Shown: positions 19,661 through 30,500 of the stretch, piece after piece | Position numbering within the stretch: the first letter of the stretch is position 1 | Layout of the letters: each line of letters opens with the position of its first letter | Assembly: GCA_041242255.1 (NCBI GenBank) | Contig: JBESAV010000001.1 | Location: forward strand, 320,001-384,000 | Length of the DNA stretch: 64,000 nucleotides | From: Candidatus Altimarinota bacterium | GTDB lineage: Bacteria; Patescibacteriota; Gracilibacteria; UBA1369; GCA-2718715 | Direction: 5' to 3' | Program-made: the position numbers and the translations under genes | The notes under the pieces: generated by a model | Told to the model about the DNA's origin: nothing | The model's input: only the letters and a program-made list of their open reading frames with translations | Databases searched by the model: none

Positions 19661-20931
19661 TGAAAAAAGCTAAAGATTTTAGTCTTAAAGAAGCAACCCA
19701 AAGGAACACCTTCCAAATAGAAGGTCTTTCAGACGAAAAAATTGCTAAAGCAAAAAAAGACGAGATTTTTTTAGAAATAGTCGATGACCAAGAATTAGCT
19801 GCAGGCTTTCTAAAAGACAAAGGTCGATCAGAAACTCAGAATTTTTTCCAATCAAAGTTCGGGATAGATTTAAATAAATTCCTAAAAAGAGGAATTCCGA
19901 TCAAAGATAAAAGTATTTTCTACGAACTTATTTCAACCATGCTAACCGCAGGTATATCCATTATTCAAGCTATCAAAATTTTCTCTGACCAAACAACTAA
20001 TAAATATTTCAAAAAAGTAACTCAAGAAATTGCCCAAAAATTAGAAACCGGTAAAAGTTTCTCCGAAACTTTAAATGATTATCAACATATCTTCTCAGAG
20101 TCTGAAATAGGAATGGTAAGTTCAGGAGAGGTAACTGGTAAACTAAATGAAGTCCTAAAAAGACTATCCAAGGAGCTAGAAGAGGGAGTTGAACTTAGAG
20201 CAAAGATAAGATCAGCTTTAATCTATCCGGTTATAGTTTTTGTGTTTGTTATACTTACGGTATATGCAATGTTACGGTTTGTAATACCTCAGATCAAAGA
20301 GTTATTCTCTACTACAGGCCTTGAGCTACCTGCAATCACAGAATTCTTAATTTTAGTCAGTGATATTGTCATCAATAACACATTCTTTGCTGGGGTTACC
20401 TTAGCTATCCTAGCGGCATTCATAGTTTTAACCTATTCGAATCCCAAAACCAGGTTTTATTATCATTTATTATTTTTAAAGATTCCTGTTCTCAAAGATT
20501 TCTTACATTATATAAACCAAGCAAAATTTTCTAGAAACATTTCCAACCTCCTAAACGCTGGAGTTTCAGTGATAGACTCTTTAGTGATTACCTCAAAAGG
20601 TCTATCAAACCTTGTTTACAGGCAGAGGGTATACTTAACCTCAAAAGATGTAGCTCAAGGTATAACAATATCTGAAAGTATACAGGATTCCCCACTTTTC
20701 TCTGGGCTAACCACTAATATGATTGCCATTGGAGAAAGAACCGCTCAAATAGACGATCTAGCAGCTAAAATATCCAAATACTATGATATGAAGACCAAAG
20801 AAATGGCTGAAAATTTCTCAAAACTTATCCAGCCATTTATAATACTTTTTGTAGGTACTCTAGTTGGAGTTGTAGTACTTGCCATTATGCTTCCAATGAC
20901 AGAACTTCTAAGTGGAATTGACTCACTGTAG
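19660..20931 (+). CDS. pilC: PilC/GspF inner membrane platform protein
   Basis: GEVTGKL, IRSALIYP, GERTAQID and LIQPFIILFVG motifs, with two T2SSF repeats. Confidence 0.93.
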   Translation: MKKAKDFSLKEATQRNTFQIEGLSDEKIAKAKKDEIFLEIVDDQELAAGFLKDKGRSETQNFFQSKFGIDLNKFLKRGIPIKDKSIFYELISTMLTAGISIIQAIKIFSDQTTNKYFKKVTQEIAQKLETGKSFSETLNDYQHIFSESEIGMVSSGEVTGKLNEVLKRLSKELEEGVELRAKIRSALIYPVIVFVFVILTVYAMLRFVIPQIKELFSTTGLELPAITEFLILVSDIVINNTFFAGVTLAILAAFIVLTYSNPKTRFYYHLLFLKIPVLKDFLHYINQAKFSRNISNLLNAGVSVIDSLVITSKGLSNLVYRQRVYLTSKDVAQGITISESIQDSPLFSGLTTNMIAIGERTAQIDDLAAKISKYYDMKTKEMAENFSKLIQPFIILFVGTLVGVVVLAIMLPMTELLSGIDSL

Positions 20932-20989
20932 TGTTGCTAAAAAGCTAGAAATAGTTTATAATAATAAGATAAATAATTAACATTAATTT

Positions 20990-21490
20990 ATGAACATGCC
21001 TATCAAAAAAGGTTTCACGCTTATCGAGCTACTTATTGTAGTAGCAATCATCGGTATCCTTGCCGTTGCACTTGTACCAACAATTACAGATGCACCAGCC
21101 AGAGCAAGAGATGCAGCTAGAAAAGCTGCTGTTAACAGTATCCTTTCATCACTTGAGTCATACAACATCGACAACGGAAGATATCCAAATGGAAACTTCT
21201 GTATTGATGAAACTCTAGTAGTAGCTACTCCTTCTAGTGATGGGGAAGAGTTGGTTACTGATTACCTAAATGGAAACCCACCTTCTCAAGTAGCTCCAGC
21301 TTCTGCAACAATTTGTTCAGATGGTTCTAACTCTTACGTTAGGTACGAAGGAGATGGAACTTCATATACAGTTTACATGGAGTTAGAGAATGACGGTAAT
21401 AACAGTGTGAATTATACAGCTTCAGGGTCTAATACATTAGAGGCTTCAGGAACAGCAACGAATACTGAAGTTTTCGCAGTAGAAAGATAA
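20990..21490 (+). CDS. Type IV pilin / prepilin
   Basis: Class III signal KKG|FTLIELLIVVAIIGILA, followed by ARARDAARK, GRYP and a Cys pair. Confidence 0.93.
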   Translation: MNMPIKKGFTLIELLIVVAIIGILAVALVPTITDAPARARDAARKAAVNSILSSLESYNIDNGRYPNGNFCIDETLVVATPSSDGEELVTDYLNGNPPSQVAPASATICSDGSNSYVRYEGDGTSYTVYMELENDGNNSVNYTASGSNTLEASGTATNTEVFAVER

Positions 21491-21516
21491 TCTAAAACTC
21501 AAACTTAAGAACAATT

Positions 21517-21540
21517 AGACCCCAAACTGGGGTCTTTTTT
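21517..21540 (+). terminator. Rho-independent terminator after the pilin gene
   Basis: AGACCCCA-AAC-TGGGGTCT followed by TTTTT. Confidence 0.85.
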
Positions 21541-21582
21541 AATAAATAAAACAAAATACGCTCTTCGCAAGCGGAAAGGCCT

Positions 21583-24500
21583 TTGATTAGACGAAAAACA
21601 CCTATTTGTATAACTAGATCTTTCCACTTTTGCTATAATATAATGATACTTAAAAATTATCACATTTTGTCTAAGTTCAAGTTAAAGAAAGCATTGCACG
21701 GCCTAAGCGATACATACTTCAAGAAAAGTATTATTGGTGTACTCCTTGTTGCCATGATTTTACAAGCTTTTTACTTAGATCCATTACAGGTTGGAACTAT
21801 GAATGCTAGCCTTCAGGCAACTGCTTCCATTTATTCTGATCAAGCTCCATCTAACTTAGTACTTATCCTTGTAGAGAAAGATCTTTTTGAAGATCAAGAT
21901 GATTATACCAATCAGTACACTGAAAACTATTCAGAAGTTTCAAGTTCTTCAATTCAGGAAAGAATTGAGAGATACGCCAGAGACATCCAAAGATCCAGTT
22001 ATTTTCAAGAGTCAGATCTAGACACTGAGGTTACTATCATACCAGTTAGCCAGTTTCAGGCTCCAGCTGAAATTGCTTCCTTATTGAAGCAAGCTTACCA
22101 CCAAAACCTAGATCAATTAGAAGATTCACAGCTTTCAGGGGTAGTACTTATGGGAGAAGTGCCTTTACCAGTAGTGAATAAGTCTGGAAACCTATTCACA
22201 TCCCTTTATCCATATACTGATTTTGAGGATCCTTCATTTGTATTAGATAACCAAAACCAGTACTTCATTCCAACTCAAGTAAATAACCCAATCCCTGAGG
22301 TTTGGCATGGTGTAATTAACTTAGATTCTCCCCAAGCAATTTCTGAGTACTTAGATAAAAACCACTTATACTACGAAGGAGTAGAAGATTTCCAAGACTT
22401 CGATCAAAGTATTTTTTTCTCAGAGCCAGTTCACGATGCCAGTTCTTTCAATCAAGATCTTTACTCATCCTACCTGACTTACACAAGTGTGATAGAAGAG
22501 TTCGCCTACAATAGGTTCAGCAGAAAGCTCTTGGATTTCTTAGGACAAAACTCAAGTGGTTTCGTGGCAGAGGCAATTCGAGCCGGACAATCCAACCAGT
22601 CAGATCAGATAAAAGTCCCAGATATTTTCACTAGGTCCAATATAGAGAAGTTTGTTACCCCACTGACAGATGTTTTCACTGTAGCCTTAAGAGATCAAAG
22701 AGATGCTCTTCTCTCAACTGGAAGATATCAAGATTCCCAATATAATTCAGGCTTACTAGGTATCGCCAAGCTAGATGAGCTATCTTCACTATACCTTAAA
22801 GAAGTTAATCAAATTTTAGAAAATGAGATCGATGATATTTTAGATGATATCCAGCAAGACATTAACCTAGTTCAAGGTGCCCGACTAACTCCAGTTTTAC
22901 AGTTTGAAAATCAAGACGGTGACATTGTAGACCAACAACTAGATCCAATCTACTTCGTAAATCACTCCAGACAAGGAGACCTACTTCAACTTTATCTAAA
23001 TCTGGTACCAGGTTTAGCTCAATCTACTGCAAACCTACCAACTGATGAAATCCTTGATATCTTATTCGCTAACCCGAATAGCCCACTCGGACAAGAAGAT
23101 CTTATCCAAAATGCCACTTTGAAGATTAATGGAACAAGGTTTCAAGATATAAACACTCCCGCTCAATGTAGACTTTTCAGGGGAGGAGGTACTACAAACC
23201 CACTTGATAAAACAGTTAGAACTCATAGGGGGCTAGTCATAGATCGAGACCCAGAAAGCCCACAAACAGAAGTTTGTTACAATCCATTTGATCCTGATGA
23301 TCCAGAAGAAACATGGACAAAGGTAGACAGATCTCCAGGTTTACTTAATCTAAGGGATAACGTTTACAAATGTACTACTTTTGCCGGTAGAGATCTTCAA
23401 GATTTCCATAGAATGGACGAAGTTCAGCTTGATTATCAAAGCCCATTAACAGCACAAAGCTGTAATGGAATGAGAACAACACAAGACTATCTTGACCTTT
23501 TAAAAGTTGAATACGCAAGGACAGATTCAGAAGCTGAATTAAATCAAGCTATTCAAGAACTTAATTCAATTCCAAATTACCAAGATTTAACTTTAGCCAC
23601 ATACCAAGGCCAGACAATCACACTTGGCCAATTCTTATCAATACTTCCAACTTACAGGTCAGTCCAATTAACCCAAAATCAATCATTTGATTGGCACGCT
23701 TTCAGCTCGCAGATCTTAGCCAACCCAGTTAGGAATGAATTTTCAGTAAATTTACAGAGCACTGCTAACCCTGAGCTTAGATCACTAAGGCTAGAGGTTC
23801 AGCAGTACCAAACCAGCAAAAACATACCAAGTTTAGTTAAACATGCTGACCCAACTCCAGGAATCATATCAAATGCATATGATGCTATTAATCCTGATCT
23901 CCCAATCAATGCAACCAGGTATGTAACCTTCATGGACAAAAATGGTGAATCCCAAGAACTAGTGTATCCAAATCTTTTCAAGGCAGATTCTTATGCCGAT
24001 TTCTTACAAGATGTTTCCCAGTTAGAGTCAGCTCTAACTAGGTTATCTAAAACCAACCAAGATTATACAGGCAGGCTAACTAATCTAATCTCGTTACCAC
24101 AAGATCAGTATCAATCTGATCAACTAGTGGGAGCAAACAGTGCTAAAGTAGAGTATTTCACCAATTGGCTAACATATGACCTAAATCAGAAATACGAACA
24201 AGCTCATTCTCTTATCTTATCAAAGGATAGACCTTTTACCCTAAATAATTTCTCAGACAGCTTTGAAATAACTCATTTAACAGGTAATACCACTAATTCA
24301 AATTTAGATTTCAACATCTTAGATTTTACCGACTTCGATCAAATCTTACCTCCGGAAGACTCATTAGAAGGACAACACAAAGCTCAGACCCAAGAAGAGT
24401 TAATTCAATCACAACAGTCAGCGGCTGATGATTCAATAGATTTATTTACTTATTTTACTGATTATCTTCCGTCATGGTATGAAGAGCAGCAAAGTCGAAT

Positions 24501-27500
24501 TTCTCAGATCATCAGTCCTGAAAAACCTGAAATATCAACTGCCGACGAACTTTTCGGATCTGAAGACGTTACTCCAGATTTAGTTCAGGTAACAGCATCT
24601 TCTGTAGTACCAACAACTTCATCGCCTCTCGAGCTTAATTTAACCCTAGTTAATCAGGAAGGTATCAAGTCACTCCAATCAATATCACAAACAGTAACTT
24701 CAAATTTGCCTCAAAGTACTCAGGATCAACTTGATCAAGACCCAGAGACCCCAGGGGTGCAAGTGAACTATTTCTCAGGGGAGTCCACAATCGTATTCGA
24801 GGTCGATCAACCAGGTGACTATACAATTACATTCCCAACAAACAGTTATAGTTTCTCAATATACGAAGACCCACAGTTAAACATCGATCTATCTCAGAGC
24901 ACAACCCAAGCCTCTCCCGATTCCGAGATAGAAGTCTCAATAACACTACAAGAGGGAGGACAACTAATTAACTTCCCAAAACCAACTCTCAGTCTAGATA
25001 CTACTACCACAAGGTCCTCCCTGGTTTATACAGGCGATTCACCTTCAGGTGATACTGTCCACACATACACTTTAACGCCAGGTACTAAATCAGGTCAGAT
25101 AAACTTATCAACTTCTTTGCCAGCTATGTCAGTAGCTCCAGCAGGTACTTCCCTAACAGTAAGTCCAGCTGACCCAGCTAAAGTTAAATTCACAAATTCA
25201 AAAACGAAAATAAACTCAACCTCAACCACTGAAGTGGAAGCAGTCATCGTAGATGAATATGACAACCCAATCCTTCAAAACTTTCAAAACCTCCAGATCC
25301 AATACGATCAAACTTCTAGCCTTCAGATCTTCCCTCAAGAGGTAGACTTCAACCTAGGAAAGGCTACCTTACAGTTCCAAGCACAACCTTTGAGCTTCGG
25401 AAATATATTTTTCCAGATAACAGATGGCTCTAGTCTCCAAGGATTCCATCAGCTCCAAATCTCTTCTCAACTTAGTTTAGACAGAGTTGGTCCAGATTTG
25501 AATTCTTTGATTTTTAACTCATTTACCTCAACTCCACAGCTTCAAAATGAAGCTTATAGATCAATTTTTACTGATTCGAAAGTTCAAGCCTCTTCAACCC
25601 TCACTACATCCCTTGATGATACCCTTCCTTATCTATACATCCACCCTAGTGGAGGAGTCTTACAGCCAAGCCCTGATTTAGTTTCATCTCAGACGACTTT
25701 CCAGTCAGGTGTATTTACAACAATTTTCAATGATAATCAAAACCAACAAATTGTTGAATTATCCACAAATCTAAGTAATAAAATTTTATCCAATCAAGCT
25801 CAGCCTGATCAAATAAACTTCACTTCACTAAATCCAAATTTAGAACTAACCGAAACAAACATATCTTTACAAGGACAGAATCTTGTAGAAATAAACCCAA
25901 ACCAAACCATTCAGTCAATCAATGAACAGGTTTACCTTCAGATAGTCGACAACACCTACTACTCAGTCAATCTTATCTATCAAGGGCAGGCCTTCGCAAA
26001 CCTTACTTTCCAGCCAACCTCTTCTAATGAGGTCACTATAAAGCCAAACAGCCGAAACCCAAATCTAGAGTACAAACTCCAGACAACACTACCATCTTCC
26101 TCCCAGCCTTTAGGTTACAAATTTTATAATCCTAAAGTTCTTCTCGATTCATCTCAATTGCCATCTAGTTTCGATGTGCGATCACATGACTCACTCGAAA
26201 CTCCACAAGTTGGATTAGTTCAAGGATCTAAGCTTTTACATTTGTTGTCTTCAGGAACACCTATCGGTGAGGCAAATCGCCCTCACTTATCAGAAGCAGG
26301 GATAGTTCTAGGTGATCCATTAATTTCCTTACCAAAACTCAACAATTCATCACTTTCAAACATGAACTTTGATGAGACAATAGGCCAATTCGTATCTAGA
26401 AAAAGCGACTCACAACTAGTAGATATATTATCCCTACCAGAATCCAATAAAACAGTTATAGCCTATCAAGACGGTACAGTTGGGCTCCTCGACAATGAAA
26501 CGCTTCGGTACTTACCAGAGTTTCTCAATGTTCCTAACGGAATCAAATCACTCCATGTCGCTAACTTCCAAAACAACCAAGAAACAATAGTCTTCCTAAC
26601 TGATCAAGAGTGTGTTCAAGGAGATAGCTGTATCTATGTCTTTAATGACTTCACTCAAGATTCTAAAACCGGTCAGACTCAGCTAGTATCTCCAAATCTA
26701 AGTTCTCAAGATGGGTATGAGCTAGACCGAAACAATCTATCAACCCTAAATCGTCTAGACCTCAATCTAAGCACAAAAGTATCCCAGATCTTAATCCAAG
26801 ACATGAATAATGATGATCTTGATGACCTTATCTTAGAGGCAGAAGATCAGATACTATATCTTTTCTGGAACCAAGAGGGCCAAATTTTACCAACCCCAAA
26901 TGCCTTGGGTCATACTCGTATCCCTTTCCAAGAAGAAGAATACTTACTACAAAAAATCCTTATAAATAACATCAGCACTCCTCAAGAACCTACAGCCACT
27001 TTAAGTATTCCAACAAATCCAAGCCAAACTACAACGACTTTCCAAACTCCATCTGGCCCAATCCAATCTAATCAGATCCAGGAAAGCCAAGCCTTAGATT
27101 TTTATAATTTATCAAGCTTAGCCTCCTTGCAAAACTCAACAGCTAGAGTTAGAGATATAGACGGAAACACCCTTGAGTCAGGTGATATACTCGAATACAC
27201 AATCACTCTCAACAACTCATCAACTACCTCATATCAAAATCTCAAGCTAAGCGTCCCAATTCCATCAAATCAAGTTTTAACAACTTCAAGTTTAAATCCA
27301 TCTTCAGCAAGTTTTATCCAAACAACCAACCAATCAAATCGTAAAACTCTTATTTCAGGAATCAACTTAGCAAGCCAGGGGACAACTATAGTTTCATTCC
27401 GAACAACCTACCAAAGGCCAACCACTTCAGATCAATCAATTATCAAGGTTAATCAACCAGAACAAGAAAATATATTACCTGTCCAAGACGGCTACCCAGA

Positions 27501-30500
27501 TCTCAAAATCCTTCTTCCTGAGTCAGATTCAATAACCTATTTCTATTCAGATTATGATTCATCTAACAATGTCTTATCTTTCCGAAGGTTCGACCAACAA
27601 CAAACTCCTCAAGCTCAAAACCCAAACCAAACAACTCTAGAGTCAGTCTTAAACCTACCTGCCAACCCAACCAATCAAACAACTGACCAACAAGAACAAG
27701 TAGCTAACTCACTAGCTGAACAAACCATCAAAAATGATTCTAATAATGATGGAATTATAGACATCTATGATGGGTCAGATTCATTAAACAGTGCAGGTAG
27801 TAAAGTAGAAAACCTAGTAAAAGATCTCTCTTGCGGAGACGGTGGTTGTCTTGCTGTTCCAAAAAACGAAGCTTTCCTTGTACCTGGAGATATACCTGGA
27901 ACTGAGTTACCAGCCTTTGCATGGGGGTGTCCACCATCACCAACCGGAGCCTTTATACCATTTTGGCCACCACAACCATATCAGGCATGTAGTGGAGGAA
28001 GAATTTATATTTCTCCAACTCTCACAGGAGAGTTCGCTGGATCAGTTTGTATTGGTCCCCATCTGCTAGGAGTTTGTTATACATTTAGTATTACTGATCT
28101 TGGTGCCTTGTGTGATGCTATCAACAAGAAGCTTCAAGACGTCATAACTAAAGCTTCAGACTTTGTAGAAACAAGTTCCGGTGGTGCCATCACAGTTGGT
28201 GGAGGATCAGGTCAAAGCCAACAATCCAACATACAAATACCAGGTTTCCCTGCAGTACTTACCAAATGGGTAACTAACCAATGGAAGGAAATTAACCAAA
28301 AATTATTAGATCCACCTGATATCAATATTATTTACCCAGATCCTCAATCAGTAGTTGGTTATGTCACACCAATAAACTCTCAAGACCAAAGAAATTATTT
28401 CTTCACAGACCCTTATCCAAATTGTAATTCTGAAGAAGATTTCAGAAATAATCCATCTCAATGTGGGAATTTATCCACATATAATGATGTCTTAGTAGCT
28501 AAGCAAACAGCAAAGTCTAGAGCAGAGTTCAACAGTGCCGACGACCTCCAAAGTATTCTTGAGGAAGTTGCTTTGATGCCATTGTTCGACATCAATTACC
28601 AAACTGTTTACGTAAATTATCCATGGATAGAAGAAAAAGAGCTTACCAAGTACAAAACTCAATTAATCTCACTCCAAGACCAAATCAAACTAGAAATATT
28701 CGTAAAAGGTTCACAATGGGGTTGTTTTGCTAACACAGATTATGATTCGATAACCAGCATACAAACAGCACTTGATAATGGAGACTTCCTACAATCAATC
28801 GCATCAGTTTCTAACCAAGGAGGTAATGTGCAAACTGCCTGTATTAGACTTGCAGCAGGTTTAGAAGGTATTGACCTCAATATCAAAGAAAACCTTCAAA
28901 GAATCACAGAGTACAGAGAGATTCCAAAAAATATTGTTCGAGTAGAAAACTTCGTAGCAAACTATGCTGATCAAATCTTACAATACGCTGAAATTATTCT
29001 TACAAACACTCTAGGTTGGCTAACAGAAAATACTTCCGCCTTGGTTCAATGGGAACAAGCCATCCATGATGTTGAGGCCATGGTAGAAGAGCTAAAAATA
29101 ATTCTAAACTTCTCTTCAGACTTCATGGAATCATGTGATGATTGTAGATCTAACCGAACTAACGATGGAATACAATCATTAATAACCCTTTTTGCAAACT
29201 TAGCCCCAGATCTTCCAGTCATTGAAATTCCGTCTTGGCCAGACATAACTTTAGATGTTTCTGAAGTCAAAGCAGGGGTAGACATAACTCTCCCAGATTT
29301 TGAATTCAAGAAAGATCCAATCACACTCCCAGATCTAGACCTTCAGTTTGCACTTCCAGACACTCCAGATGCAGCTTTGGGACTTCAAGGTTCAGGAGTT
29401 GATATAGATGGCTTTGATTTAGAGCTCTACCTAGATGCCTTCCAAGTTCCACTTCTGCCTGAACCACCAAACCTTGATGAGCTTGAAATAATGCAAGATC
29501 TTCCAGAGCTTCCATCTTTAGAAATCCCACAGTTACCAAGCCTTCCAAAACCACCATCTATCAAAAACTTTAGTACAAACTTCACTAAACAAGTTGAGCC
29601 GACTATCAAAGTTCTCACAAGACTAGTTAGAATCTACTGTCTAATCTCCAAAGGTTTAGTTCCAATGCCAGAGTCTCAAATTAAGGATCAAATTGAAACA
29701 ATGACCAACAGACCTCTTACACCAGTCCTTCCAGTTGATGTTAGTTTCCAACTACCAAACGACGCTCTCCAAGCACAATATATCGAAGAAATAATTTTCA
29801 AACTTACAACTCAGTTGAATCTTGAGTTTGACCAAATTCAAGAAAACTCTCAGCAGTTAGCAGATCAACTAAACTCGTTCTCTTCTAACATAACTGATCA
29901 AATCGAGGATGGACTAGAGGAAAACTTTGATTTCCTTGATCAAGGAGAAGTAAACCTACTCGGAGACGATCTAACAGAAACAATCGAAAATCTTCCAGAA
30001 ACAACTTCATTCTCAGATGCTATTCACTCTATGGATCAGCTAGCACAGTCTCTCAATAATCAGATCCCTAAAGAAATAAACTTAACAGCTACATCTCAAG
30101 CTTTTGTCCCAAATAAAGCAAATTCAACCCTAACTCTACAAGAGTACAAATCTCACCCAATAGTAGCCCAAAAACTATCTCAACCAGATACGAGAACCCA
30201 ATTCGCATCCATCACAAAACCAAGTCTCCAAACGCCTATCAAGTCAGATTCTTTCCAGTTAACAAACAGTTACATAGCTCAAGCTACTTCAATTCAATCT
30301 GAACTGCCAACCTACGATCCAGAGGAGGGAGTTTACACAATTGATGAACAAGGGAATGTTCAAAAGTTGATCGCCTACAACACACCAACTCAATCACAAA
30401 ATCAGGTAGAGATAGTAGACCTAGATGATGATGGCGATGAAGACATTATCTACTCACTTGAAAATTCTCTCTACATCAAGCAAAACAATCACGTCCAGAC

